A stretch of 63,342 nt of DNA, the filler included, from Nemertoderma westbladi (lineage: Eukaryota > Animalia > Xenacoelomorpha): the NCBI GenBank assembly GCA_032718475.1. It is 3 parts of 3 records of this genome, joined end to end, with 100 filler letters (N's around TTAATTAATTAA, not from the genome) between each part and the next. Parts side by side here need not be neighbours in the genome. Positions count along the whole stretch, not along the records: positions 23,192 to 40,248 come from JAUCBJ010004201.1; 2 more parts are not named here. One strand, 5' to 3'. Shown piece after piece: positions 26,701 through 40,248 of this stretch (positions are counted from its first letter, which is position 1; the number at the start of each line of letters is the position of its first letter). A model generated the notes under the pieces. It did no database searches, was not told the DNA's origin, and saw nothing but the letters and a program-made list of their open reading frames with translations. The position numbers and the translations under genes are program-made.

Positions 26701-27908
26701 AGGCGAGGGTCGCGAGGGCGACGGCGACAGCGAGGGTCGAGGTCGAGGCGAGGGTCGCGAGGGCGACGGCGACAGCGAGGGTCGAGGTCGAGGCGAGGGT
26801 CGCGAGGGCGACGGCGACAGCGAGGGTCGAGGTCGAGGCGAGGGTCGCGAGGGCGACGGCGACAGCGAGGGTCGAGGTCGAGGCGAGGGTCGCGAGGGCG
26901 ACGGCGACAGCGAGGGTCGAGGTCGAGGCGAGGGTCGCGAGGGCGACGGCGACAGCGAGGGTCGAGGTCGAGGCGAGGGTCGCGAGGGCGACGGCGACAG
27001 CGAGGGTCGAGGTCGAGGCGAGGGTCGCGAGGGCGACGGCGACAGCGAGGGTCGAGGTCGAGGCGAGGGTCGCGAGGGCGACGGCGACAGCGAGGGTCGA
27101 GGTCGAGGCGAGGGTCGCGAGGGCGACGGCGACAGCGAGGGTCGAGGTCGAGGCGAGGGTCGCGAGGGCGACGGCGACAGCGAGGGTCGAGGTCGAGGCG
27201 AGGGTCGCGAGGGCGACGGCGACAGCGAGGGTCGAGGTCGAGGCGAGGGTCGCGAGGGCGACGGCGACAGCGAGGGTCGAGGTCGAGGCGAGGGTCGCGA
27301 GGGCGACGGCGACAGCGAGGGTCGAGGTCGAGGCGAGGGTCGCGAGGGCGACGGCGACAGCGAGGGTCGAGGTCGAGGCGAGGGTCGCGAGGGCGACGGC
27401 GACAGCGAGGGTCGAGGTCGAGGCGAGGGTCGCGAGGGCGACGGCGACAGCGAGGGTCGAGGTCGAGGCGAGGGTCGCGAGGGCGACGGCGACAGCGAGG
27501 GTCGAGGTCGAGGCGAGGGTCGCGAGGGCGACGGCGACAGCGAGGGTCGAGGTCGAGGCGAGGGTCGCGAGGGCGAGGGCGACAGCGAGGGTCGAGGTCG
27601 AGGCGAGGGTCGCGAGGGCGACGGCGACAGCGAGGGTCGAGGTCGAGGCGAGGGTCGCGAGGGCGACGGCGACAGCGAGGGTCGAGGTCGAGGCGAGGGT
27701 CGCGAGGGCGACGGCGACAGCGAGGGTCGAGGTCGAGGCGAGGGTCGCGAGGGCGACGGCGATAGCGAGGGTCGAGGTCGAGGCGAGGGTCGCGAGGGCG
27801 ACGGCGACAGCGAGGGTCGAGGTCGAGGCGAGGGTCGCGAGGGCGAGGGCGACAGCGAGGGACGCGAGGGCGAGGGCGACAGCGAGGGTCGCGAGGGCGA
27901 GGGCGACA
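23755..27908. repeat. 45-bp GC/CpG-rich satellite, about 92 copies (CGAGGGTCGAGGTCGAGGCGAGGGTCGCGAGGGCGACGGCGACAG)
   Basis: Near-perfect tandem array; variants mostly at the edges. Confidence 0.98.
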
Positions 27909-29487
27909 ACGTGGTTAATAAATGGTCAAGAGAATTGTGAAAATGTTCGGCTTATTTCCTCATTTTTTCAACACAATATAATTTAAGAAATTCCACCAAA
28001 TATTTTTATTTTATTTTTTCTCCGTGAAAAACGTAAAATCAACGCAATCAATCATATGGGTTACTTTTATTCACCAGGGAAATATCATTTTTTTCTCACG
28101 ATGTTGGGGTATATTCGTGCGAAAAAAATTACAATTTAAGTGACATTTTTTTATCTTTGGTAAAACTAAAAAAAATTCAATGGTTCTTACATATTCTGTA
28201 ATTCACATATATACCATTCTGAAGTTATATTATAAAGTTATAAGTTATAAGCTAAAGTTATATTATATTATTATTTTTAAATTAAAAAAATATGGCCCAT
28301 AAGAATATCATGACACCTTTTAAGATAAAAGTCCAATCATTTTAAAAATGTGTCATAACTTGTAAATGATTGGCATTGCCTTAAATGTGTTTTAAAGTTT
28401 GCTTAATTTTTAGGTTCTGGGGGCTTCTGAAAAAAGGGTCTTGTAACCCCTAGTAACCAAAGGGTTAATAAGAAAATGTTAGTTGGACTTTATCAAAAAT
28501 TAATAGCATTAATATGGATTTTTGGCTTCTTGACTCACAAATACTTTTAAATTGTTATGTTTTAAATGTAAACTCTTATCTTACTGTCTTAATTCTTAAG
28601 AATAATTTTTTGATATTCAACAAACTTTTAGTTTATAATACTTTACTTTTTCCAATATAAGCTACCTACTTATTACCATTACTAAAAGTGAATGGTACTG
28701 ATAAATATCTTATCAGTAACGTTTTCTAATTTATTTATTACATATTGGTTATTTAGTACTCCAAGGGAAAGTACAATATATGAAACACTGCCATATTAAC
28801 ATTTTTTTTAGCTTACGTACATGAGTAATTATATACCATATCAATAACCAGTCATGGTTTATAGTATTCTTTTATATCGTTTTAGTACATGGTCATGTTC
28901 AACTATCCATTGGGTTGTTGGTGTTAGAAATGATTCTCTTGTTTTTCTTTGTTTGTGTTGCTTTTATGCTTGCGGGGAATATATGCGTTGTTGTTATCAA
29001 ATAATGTAATATTTGAATTAATTTAATTTTATCAATGAATTATTGTATGTAACCTATGTAGTAAATTTAGATTATTATATTAACTTAATTTTGGGGATAG
29101 GGTTCATTTTCTATCGTTACCATCGTTACCGCGCTCGTTTCCAAAACGTTTTTATTCCACATATTTTTACCTCAGATATAAATAACCATTTGATTCGCAA
29201 TTTGCGAATTTATCGTATATCTATAAACGGCTTTCTCTTCCATTCCACCTTGCTCGTCCATGACAACCCACACTTTATCTATGCTATCGCACTCCACTGA
29301 AGCAGAGTTATAATGAATACGAATTTCATCCAGTTCCTGTGGAAAAAAAGACTATAAATTTTTAGTGAGCGACTGAATTTTATCTCAAGTGTATATGATT
29401 TTAACTACTTCAATATTTGTTGAAAGTAATCACTTCTCGTGTCGTTGTGATAACATTTTGCGTTGTTCCTAAGAGTAATTAATAGTA

Positions 29488-30971
29488 AGCAGCACAGACC
29501 CCGCACACTGACAGCACAGACAGCACACTGACGTCACAGACCGCACACTAACAGCGCAGGCCCCGCACACCGACGGGACAGACCGCACACTGACAACACA
29601 GACCTGCACACTGATGGCACAGACATCACACTGACAGAAACAGACCGCACACTAACAGCACAGGCCTCGCACGCTGACAGCACAGACCCCGCACACTGAC
29701 AGCACAGACCCCGCACACTGACAGCACAGACCGCACACTGAAAGTCAGAACAGACTGCACACTAACAGCAAAGGTCCTGCACACTGACAGCACAGACCGC
29801 ACACTGACAGCACAGACCGCACAGTGACAGCACAGACCCCCCACACTGACAGCACATACCCCGCACACTGACAGCACAGACCGCACACTAACAGCACAGA
29901 ACCACACACTGACGGCATAGACCCCGCACCCTGACGGCACAGACCCCGCACACTGACGGCACAGACCCCGCACACTGACGGCATTGACTCCGCACACTGA
30001 CGGCACAGACCGCACACTGACAGCACAGACCCCGCACACTGACAGCACATACCCCGCACACTGACAGCACCGACTGCACACTGACAGGAACAGACCGCAC
30101 ACTAACAGCACAGAACCATACACTGACGGCATAGACCCCGCACACTAACAGCACAGACCCCGCACACTGACGGCACAGACCCCGTACACTGACGGCACAG
30201 ACCGCACACTGGCCGGAATAGACCGCACACTAACAGCACAGACCCTGCAAACCGACGGGACAGACCGCATACTGACAACACAGACCTTCACACTGACGGC
30301 ACAGACAGCACACTAACAGCACATAACCACACACTGACGGCACAGACCCCGCACACTGACGGCACAGACCCCGCACACTCAGCACAGACCCTGCACACCG
30401 ACGGGACAGACGCAAACTGACAGGAACAGACCGCACACTAGCACAGACCCACACATTGACGGCACAGACCCCGCACACTGACGGCACAGACCCAGCACAC
30501 TGATGGCGCAGACCCCGCACACTGACGGCACAGACCGCGCACTGACGGCACAGACCACTCATACTGGCGGCACAGACCCCGCACACTGACGGCACATACC
30601 CCGCACATACCCCGCACACTGACGACACAGACCCACACACTGACAGCACAGACCCACATACTGACGGATAGACCCACATACTGAAAGCAGAACTCCGCAC
30701 ACTGACGGTACAGACCCGCACACTGACGGCACAGACCCCTCATACTGAGGGCACAGACACCGCACACTGACGGCACAGACCCCGCACACTGACAGCACAG
30801 ACCCACACACTGAAAGCACAGCTCCGCACACTGACGGCACAGATCCGCACACAGGCGGCACAGACCCGCACACTGACGGCACAGACCCCTCATACTGACG
30901 GCACAGACCCCGCACACTGACGGCACAGACTCCGCACACTGACGGCACAGACCGCACACTGACGTCACAGA
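29488..30971. repeat. Degenerate 20-22-bp minisatellite (GCACAGACCCCGCACACTGAC(A/G))
   Basis: About 1.5 kb of tandem variants; explains the Cys/Val-rich spurious ORFs. Confidence 0.95.
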
Positions 30972-31061
30972 CTATTACCGTTTGCTAATTTACAGATACA
31001 GATATAGAGTGCTATGCAACGCTGTATTTTATTATTCAAATTCGTCATATTATTGTGAATA

Positions 31062-31640
31062 TAAGGGGGGGGGGGGGGGGGTGGGGGATGGGGGATACAC
31101 CATTTTGGTCCAAAATATGTCGAAGTTATTTTTATGCTCTATTATAATGCACGATTATATGGCGTTTCTAAATCTGAAAACCGCTATTTAATAGCTCTTT
31201 TAGTTATCAAGTTATAACAATTTCCATTTAGGGAGACTTATTGAAATTGCTATTACTGTATATTTGTAATGAAAGGTCGATTATCTCCTAATATTTTTTT
31301 TTTGAAATTGTCAACTTCAAAACCCTACTACTTCTACAATTGTTGAGCAATTAGTCTTGCATAAAAGTATCAGACAACTTTTCGAAATTGTTCGTTAATA
31401 AAATGTAAAACTATTTATAACAAACCTAAAAAATTAGCATAAATTTGCAGCGCCACCTCTCGGTGCAGAATTATTTTCACAATATTTCACCTGATAGTTA
31501 TGTTGCCCCATCTTTGATCTATCATATTAGGTACCTACATTCCAAATTATAGCCAAAACCAAACAATTTTGAAACGCTGAGAGTGATTAATCGAAGAGTT
31601 GTCCGAAAATGGTGTACCCCCCCCCCCCCCCTCCCCCTTA
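31062..31640. mobile_element. MITE with G/C-run-bearing terminal inverted repeats (Kolobok-like, TTAA context)
   Basis: Left (a)taa-Gn...GGGGATACACCATTTTGG; right CGAAAATGGTGTACCCC-Cn-ttaa; non-coding interior. Confidence 0.65.
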
Positions 31641-33169
31641 ACTTGAATTCTTCTCTACTCTTTAAACGCAAATAATTTCTTCTCAAATTAAACATATTCC
31701 CGAGATTCTATATAAATGTAAACAGACTGTATAAATGTTTCCAAAAGCTCCAGGCATAGTCCAAAGGTTCCTCTCAAACGTAACTAAGTTTAATTAAATT
31801 GTCTTTTATAAAAAATGATATTATTTTCATGAAATTATTTAGAAAAAAATGTGTTTGCAATTTATATATTTTTAAATGTATAATTTTAAATTTGCCTATT
31901 TTCTAATTAATAAATTTATGTGTACTATATTCGAACGTCCTTATCTTTTCGTAATCACAAAAATCAAACTATTAAAAAATTCGAACCCTTCCACAAATCG
32001 CATTTTTACACAACCTTTTTTGAATGTTAAATATTTCCAGTTGAAGTACAAATTAACCTATCCCTAAATAATTGTCCCACATGTTTTGTTTACCCAATGT
32101 TGGTGGAAATTTTATATTGGATCGTGCTATTATTCATTTTATAATTTTGTGCGAAATCAACTTGCTTTGGTTTGCTAGTGATTGTGTAGTAACTATTTTT
32201 GAATATACATAGTTAACTAGGCCTATCTATCTACTGTAGCTATACAACGCGAAACTGGAATTGCAAATCTGGTTAATTTTAGAATATATGAGAGAATCTT
32301 TCAATATAAATGGCCCCCGGTTGTCTCATTTAATAATTTTCTTATATTATGGTTTTGGATTCAATATTACAAAGACCAAAATATTTAGAGGTACAGACTT
32401 CACGCTGGAGAGCAATCATTTCTGCTCTTGGGTATATTACTGGTTTTTGTCATGAGATCATTGAACCCATGTCATTAACAATCAGTTTTGGTACAGAAAG
32501 ACACATTGTGGTAAACGTGGTCGTTCTTCGCGAACCCTACCCAAGGATTAAATTGGCTGTAATTTTGTCCCAACTCGTGGCTCATCTTTACACTTTGGCC
32601 AACAGATATATCAAATAAAATTTGTCAAATCATTTTGAACTTTACCGGTATGTCTATAATTTGGTAAAACAAAACAATAATTCAATATTTAGGCCTACAG
32701 TTGAATTAATCAAAGTTTATGACGTCCAGTATGGAGAAGGATGAGAACGTTATTTATACATTCATTGTGTTCTCGCTTTGGAATAAATAGCATAAAAAAG
32801 TAGTAGAAGCAAAATAGAAGCAACATGAATATTGTTCGTAAGTAGGCCTACTGTAGGCCTAATAGTTATCCAACATACAGTACCTACCAACAAGCCAACT
32901 TAATAAGCTCGATATGCGTTGAGATTATTGTCTGGTGACTGTACATTGGAGTCTCTCCTCGGTAAGATTGTCAGATTCTTTAGTATAGTGGAAATAATGT
33001 TCTCCATTATTTACCATATGGTATGTAATGTAGGCCCCATCAGCCTATCGTAATTGGTATATCTACGTACTTCATATATTTCTCTTAAGTGCACACTCAT
33101 GACCTACTGTACTGCTAACTTTAGTAGGTCATGGTATACCCTAAATTATGGCTTACCTATAATTATACA

Positions 33170-33730
33170 TAGTTAAGCCGATGTAAGGCATTGAATGGGC
33201 TTTCCAGGATTTGGAAGTCACCAAGAATTAATTGGAAACTTAAGGTCCGATTATTTAGAGCAGCAGTAGTTCCAGTACTCCTATATGGGAGTCCATGTTG
33301 GGCTCTAACTGCTGAGGACACCAAATCTCTGGATGGCACATTCACAAGAATGCTACGCCGGGTTCATTGTGTCAAGTACAATGCACAAATCTCCAACGAG
33401 ACACTATATAACATTGGAGGTGTCTCATTGGTTCCCCCAAGCTTGACACTAGAATAAAATCGCCTCCGCTTTGCAGGACATTGCTTTCGCAGTGAGGACC
33501 AGCCAGTGCATAATCTTGTACTTTGGCAGCCTCATGGAGTGAATAAGCATGGTGGACAGCCCATGACTTTCTTGAGACGCATCTTAAAGGACACTGGCCT
33601 TAAAGATGCGGATGATCTAACAAATGTCATGGGTGATAGGGAGTTGTGGCGGTGCAATTTTGTCGATAAGCCGGCACAGCATTCTTAAAAATGCAGCTGC
33701 AATGCAGCATGCCGATCCTAGTAGTAGTAA
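33170..33730 (+). mobile_element. 5'-truncated RTE-clade LINE (ORF C-terminus and 3' tail)
   Basis: RIWKS...LKVRLFRAAVVPVLLYGSPCW...TRMLRR...ISNETLY...RLRFAGHC...DRELWR with one in-frame stop; (TAG)n tail at 33719-33730. Confidence 0.88.
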
Positions 33731-33784
33731 GCCGATGTAAAACTGAATAAATTACGGCAACAGTTTCCTCTATAAATCATTACG

Positions 33785-33982
33785 TTACGCCTGTGAGTCT
33801 TTTCTCGAACTGATACCGGATACAATACCGGAGTCGAGGACGCCCCCCACTGCCCCCCGCACCGGATCATTCCGCCCCCCTGCTGCACCCAATTCGTTCC
33901 TCTCTCGTTCCGCACCCATTGTCTCTCGCAGTTCGTTTCGTTCCTCTTGTAGAGCGCGGCATAACTTCTCCAGTTTTTGTAT
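33785..33982 (-). CDS. Taxilin family protein, last coding exon
   Basis: IQKLEKLCRALQEER is the conserved taxilin C-terminal motif; tttacAG acceptor, phase 0. Confidence 0.9.
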   Translation of the reverse strand: MQKLEKLCRALQEERNELRETMGAERERNELGAAGGRNDPVRGAVGGVLDSGIVSGISSRKDSQA

Positions 33983-34881
33983 CTGTAAAACAAAGTTTAT
34001 ATTCCAACGAAAATCTGGTACATTATAATTCATATATTATAGTACCATAGGCTAGTAGGCCTAGTCACCCTCACAAACCAGTATAACTAAAGAATTGTGC
34101 CATCAAAAAGGTACAATTCCATATTAAACCAAATACACAGCTGTAATAAATTGTTAGGCCTACTGCCGTGGTATGCGGAAAGAGTTTAATGAGTATTTTG
34201 CAATAATTGCCTAATTGTGGAATACATTTAACAGGAGGCGCCACCTCGCGGTGAAGCTATGCAAAACTTTAGGTAATAGTACTGTAATAATGAAATCCCA
34301 CCGTTAGACAAATAATTTACTGTGATATGTGAATAATAATAAGGAGATCGATTCCCACTTATAGAATGACTTATAGCACTTATACAGTACTATAGCCAAC
34401 AAATTAGATTTGACACCAAATTAAATAATAGAATAAATGGCCTTCAGCGAACGATAATTCTTGCAATCTTTGAACGCCTATATCTCAGCTGTTTCTCAAC
34501 GAAATTCAGATATTGTTACATATTTCGAATCCTTGCAACGAAAGCTTTCTAATGATATGAAAAAAATTACGACTAAAGTGAAGAATGGCCACGATACGGA
34601 CGGTGCGATTTCGCAAAAGACACTTTTTTAAAACGCTTATTAAAAAAAATTAAAGGCGAAATCGAAAATTCCGGCTTCATGGTAACAACCACGGTGAGTT
34701 GAACTAGTTGTGTTTCAAATTTCAAGCAATATGATAAAGATTTGTAGAAAAATCTGGGGGGGGGTCCGTGTCATCAGAAAATGACACTATATTACGGGTT
34801 GGGGTGTATATAATGATACTATGATTATTATAGGCCGAACAATCAGCCTAACCCAATTAATTTATAAAACAAAATAAATAC

Positions 34882-35508
34882 CTTATTATTAGTTGCTATA
34901 AGTTGCCCATCTTGATTCTGTTTCTCTCCCACCATTTCCACTAAGGATCTATTGCAGTCCTCCCATCTCCCCTTCCACATTGCACATTCCTTCTCCAGTC
35001 TCCTTGCTCTCTTAGACATATCTGCCAACTGCTCCTTGAACGAACAAAAAACTTCATTACTTTTAGAAAGAGTGTCCTGAAATTCATCGAACTTTTTTGT
35101 ATAAGTTACCAGTTGGTCTTTCAGAAAAGTCTCTTGTTGTACGAGCATTTCGCATTGTTTGTGAAGTTCTATATTGTCTGCTAATAAGTTTTTGGACTCC
35201 TCCAGTGATCTTTCTTTCTCTTCTGCTAATACTATTTCAGTTTGCGCTAACTTCGCCTCCACTAACTGTATTTGTAAATCTCTAGCTTTCACTATTTTCT
35301 CTATTCTGTCTTCCCTGTCTTCGAAATCGCCCACAAACTTGCGTAATTTTTCTATTAGTTCGTTATTCTCTTCACGTAATCGGTTGTTGTTCGCTGAACT
35401 TTCCTCCATGTGCTGTTGTACATCCCCCAAAGTGTCCTGAAACTTATGCGAGATTTCTCGTCTCTTAACGTCTTCTTCTTTGACAAGTTTCAGACTATCA
35501 TCCTTTAC
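34882..35508 (-). CDS. Taxilin family protein, central coiled-coil exon
   Basis: YTKKFDEFQDTLSKSNEVFCSFKEQLADMSKRARRLEKE..WK taxilin signature; cAG acceptor, AAG|GTATTT donor, 627 nt. Confidence 0.94.
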
Positions 35509-36296
35509 CTGGTGGAATTCAATACGCATTTTGTTACAATCGGGTCATGATACTGTAGTGGGATGCGAGAAACTAATTCCAATAGTTTTAGTTTCATTTG
35601 CGAGATGTACTATCCAAAAATGTAATATAAAAAAACATCGAGAATAATATGACCTGGCGCACATACAGTACAGTAGCTCTTATGGGCAATTAAATTGAAT
35701 GATTTATTTTCCACAGTCGATTAACATATTTGAAACTAAATAATTAATAAAATATTGGATTCAGAACCTATACACTACCGGTACCTGTACTGTATAATAA
35801 CAAATACTTACAAATACTTAACAAGCCAAGCGCACATTATTTGCTATTTACAGTATCTCTGCAACCATAGGCAGCATGAAATATATAAATACACCACCAA
35901 TAATTGAGCTATAAATTACACGCAATTGATTCAAATTATAACTAAATGTTCAGTAAGAATTAACGTTAGCAAAAATTTTAACAGTGATAAGCCTAGACAA
36001 TTACTGTAGACATGCCTGTGCTGCGCCTGATATTACTTTTGAAATTATGGAGAGGTCCGTCAACTGTCAAAACTTGACTGACTGACTTGGGACGACCTCA
36101 GTGGTATTTTGAGTAGAATATTACATGATAATGGGTCGAAATTCGTCTACCCTTCCATCGTTAATGTTTGCCCTTTCTTTACGTTCTGACAAAAACCAAA
36201 CCTGCCATGACTCAATCCATGGTACATTGTACCACGTATTCAATTGTTTCGAGACTATCTATTATTTTGAACCCTGGTGTTGGTGTTGTTACTCAC

Positions 36297-36530
36297 CTGT
36301 TTGTTCTGTTTCTGTAATTCCCGACACAAATTTTCCAGTTTCTCTTTTGCCATTATCGCTCTTGTATGCTCATTCTGAATTCGCTCCTTTTCCTTCACTA
36401 ACTGTTTGTGCCGTTTCTCCGTGGCACTAAACTTGTTATTTAAATCCCTGTGATCTTGAACTAATAGCGAATACTTCTTTGTGAGTTCGGATATTTTCTC
36501 GTCCGGACTTTCGCCATTAAATTCATCCAT
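36297..36530 (-). CDS. Taxilin family protein, first identifiable coding exon
   Basis: SPDEKI...AKEKLENLCRELQKQNK motif; CAG|GTGAGT donor. ATG in AAAATGG context with an in-frame upstream TAA; the start is uncertain. Confidence 0.88.
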
Positions 36531-37181
36531 TTTATTGCAGGTCTCACTAAATCCTTAATGAAATCGATATACTATAGTGTACTATGCGATGCGGTAACTA
36601 TTAAATTTAAGAATTCCGAATATCTTTTGAATAAACCTGAGCTTAGATTGTAGTTTCCAATATTATATTGCCAAGAATTAACAACTATTTGCATTACTTA
36701 CGTCAGAAAGGAAATCGATTCTTGGCTCTTTGCAAATGTTTTTGGCATTACTTTAGGATTCAGGTACATTATTATTAGCTGCCAATCAAATGGCCTTCGG
36801 AATTACTGCTGGCCATTAGGCTGGCATGGCATAGGTTATTGTTACATCGGACACATTGGTATCGCATCAGATCCTAAAGGGTTTTAGTAACTATCTTAAA
36901 TTTACCTGACAGCGTATTATCCCGCTTTATACTTCTGGTTACAAAACATCTATCTACATTATACTATAGAAATGGAATAGTACAAATACGAATAATCTAG
37001 GCTATTTTAGAGAATTCTAAATTTTCAGCGTCTTGCTCTGTACAAAAGTACAAAACTCTAAACTACAAATGAATCGAAGTGATAATTATGAGTTTATACC
37101 ATTGTACAGTATTTATACTGTACAATGTAATAATAACTTGTTGATCAGATGTTGTTTATCAGCAATTTGCTAGAACAGTAT

Positions 37182-37600
37182 ACAGAACAGTTTGTATAAG
37201 GTCGAGGGGGTAGCTTTGTGTGGGTTGGTGGCACGGTGGAGTGGTGGTGGGGTGCACGGTGGGAGGGGGGTTTACAGAACAGTATGTATAAGCTCGAGGG
37301 GGTAGCTTTGTGTGGGTTGGTGGCACGGTGGAGTGGTGGTGGGGTGCACGGTGGGAGGGGGGTTTACAGAACAGTATGTATAAGCTCGGGGGGGGTAGCT
37401 TTGTGTGGGTTGGTGGCACGGTGGAGTGGTGGTGGGGTGCACGGTGGGAGGGGGGTATACAGAACAGTATGTATAAGCTCGAGGGGGTAGCTTTGTGTGG
37501 GTTGGTGGCACGGTGGAGTGGTGGAGGGGTGCACGGTGGGAGGGGGGTATACAGAACAGTATGTATAAGCTCGGGGGGGTAGCTTTGTGTGGGTTGGGGG
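37182..37600. repeat. 92-93-bp G-rich tandem repeat, about 4.5 copies
   Basis: CAGAACAGT unit starts at 37182, 37275, 37367, 37460 and 37552. Confidence 0.93.
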
Positions 37601-39987
37601 GTTGGGTTGGGTGAGGGGGGGGGGTGGATGGTATGTAATTATCTAATTCTTATAATGAGTTCGTGTTATTTTGTTGCACTGCATATAATTAAACAACAGA
37701 TTATTTTTTTGAAGTATAGTTACAGTACCGCTATCTCAATAAAAGCGATAAATGGGTTCTTCAATGGGCGCCCGAGATCCTACCATAACCAGCATTGCCA
37801 TCTTGCACTAGATACTTCAAATACTTGAAGCAGAGCTGTTATGAAGTTTTGGGTAGTTACCGGTAATTAAAATCAATGCCAACTCCTCATAGAAACTCCT
37901 TAGAGATACACCTGCTTTGCCATAATAGTTAAACAGTCAGGTAATTGGTTCCCCGTTGCTTTAGGGTTTGTTTGGACCGAAATCATTGTGCCAATCATTA
38001 TGATTTAATATATTAATGGCGTTGGCCCACTGCTAAGGTGGTACTGTATGCTCTTCATTGAAACTGAGCATTGATTTTGTAGATAACAAAACGTTGATTC
38101 ACTGCCACGTAAAGATTTTGTCATTATAGCGTGGAACCCAATACACGTATATATATATATAGGCCCTACTTAACGGTGTATCGACTCTTGTAGGTACTGT
38201 GTACTGCAATGCGTGGATACTGCCAATACAAGCATCCAAAAATTACATCTTATCGAATAGAGGATATTTCATATTAATAACAACATTTTGCTTCTAAATT
38301 AAATTAATATCTTACACAGCAATCCTTTTACATTACAAGCCTTGCACATTGATTTACCAGCAAAGATTTATCTCTTCCGTCGCTGCCAGAAGTTTATTTG
38401 GTTACTATTTTATGCTGCTCTCTCACCATTATTGCAGCACATCAAGACGGAAGGGGGGGGGGGGGGGGGGGACTATAAAATGGTATCTTCCTTCTTGTAG
38501 ATATCCAAACATATTGCAAGCATAATCTTGAATTATAGTGCAAGCAAGCATATAAACGGCTCGTATTGGTTCAGTGCAGTTAGGAGACTACCGGTAACAC
38601 TAACTCAGGATGGATTTGCCTATCTCACTACCATCGATGTATTCTTGGTGTATTAGAGGACGCGCTTACCATATGGCTTATGGTTATTTCGATGCGCGGT
38701 GTAGAGCCTTACCTTGTGACTTGCCCCTACCTCAGACGACCGACTACTGACCTCCAACATGCACGCACTGCGAGACGCACACTTACAGCCGACTCCCGAC
38801 TCTTGTCGCAAACTTTATCCCTTATAATGTGATTTAAAACCTCGGCAAAAGTGATTCAATTCCACCTGTCCACAGGAAACTACACACGCCTATCACACAA
38901 AGATAAAACACTCGCTCAAGGGATTAGCATCCCTCGCACGCGCATTGAGCGAGTCCCGCGCACGAAATCCAAACCGCGGGCGCCCACATTTATTAAGCTG
39001 TGGATTCATTTATTTAATTGTAACAAGTCCCACACAAGTTCACAACATAGCTCCACACACCAGAACCACAGTCCAATCGCAATCCCAACTTCATTAATTT
39101 AGCTTTGCGGGTTTGAGGAATTAGAGCCTAACGCGTTCTATTGTCCGTAGCCGCACACTCTCTCGTATTGGTTCGGTCACTAACTCGTCCATTGGAGCGC
39201 ATAAAGTAATAATAATAGATTTATTATTTCCCTTTCTCTAGGGGCTTATCGGTGCATATTAAAATAAGAAAGAACTCAATCCCCTTCTATTCTTTTGTAC
39301 CTCGTCCTAATATAAATCCGGCTTCGATCTGCGGGAATGTAAATAGATATTGATTGCAATTAGCACTTAAATGGGAATTAATATATTCCTTTTGCTACAA
39401 CCCCTAGTAGATTAGTTCTGGGCTGAAAGTTAATGGGAACTATATTAAAACTACGATCCTAAACAGTCTCACGCAATCAACCTTAACAATTCATTGCATA
39501 CTGCTTAAACACACATATTACGTATGCAGAAAGGACAGTAACTTTGAAGTAATATTACAACATTATGTGAGAATGAATAATTATTAATATTTATATTATA
39601 TTATATTTTTTTTAATATTACAATTATATTATCTATATAATATTTGGTTACCATAATAATATTATAATAATAATGCGGTTCATTTGGGCATTACAAAGAT
39701 TATTATGTCACGTTAGAAAGGGTGTTTTAGTTAAGAGAGCAGCATTATTTCTAATTTGGTGAAGATTAAGGCAGGAAATTAATTTCGCAACGCCTTCTAA
39801 TATGTGGTATTTACAGAGTCTATATTCAATGAGTTTCTACGGTAGTCCACTGTGGATTATATTTTATAAATATAAATATTAATATTTTCATATGCTACGA
39901 GTTTGGTATGCTGATAGATCGACAATTTTTCTGATTCTGAGCCGGATTTGACAATTTAGGGGCTATTTCGATACAACAAGCCGTTAA

Positions 39988-40195
39988 GGAGTGCGGACAC
40001 GTCCCGCCCGGACACCCCCCCCCCCCCCCCCCCCCCCCGCCCACCGGACACTTCCCGCCCGGACACTCCCCCCCCCGCCCGGACACTTCCCGCCCGGACA
40101 CTCCCCCCCCCCCCCACCGGACACTTCCGCCCCGGACACTCCCCCCCCCGGACACTTCCCACCCGGACACTTCCCACCGGACAGCCCCCCCACCG
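39988..40195. repeat. CCCGGACACTTCC short-repeat cluster with C-runs; probable DNA-transposon sub-terminal region cut by the contig end
   Basis: About 11 copies of (C)CGGACA(C) following TTAA at 39984. Confidence 0.6.
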
Positions 40196-40248
40196 ACTCT
40201 TATTATTTTCGCACATTTTTATTTTTCATTTTATAAGGTAAACGGGCC

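Noticed and set aside
23722-27909. 1395-aa Ser/Pro/Arg ORF
   Set aside because: Translation of a stop-free 45-bp satellite; starts at TTG; no synonymous variation and no unique domains.
29534-30968. Cys-rich metallothionein/keratin-like ORFs
   Set aside because: Variable 20-22-bp units give similar peptides in all frames, so there is no frame preservation.
22433-33785. Head-less talin, or a talin-taxilin gene cluster
   Set aside because: An artificial spacer at 23092 separates contigs; the missing exons and the apparent adjacency are uninformative.
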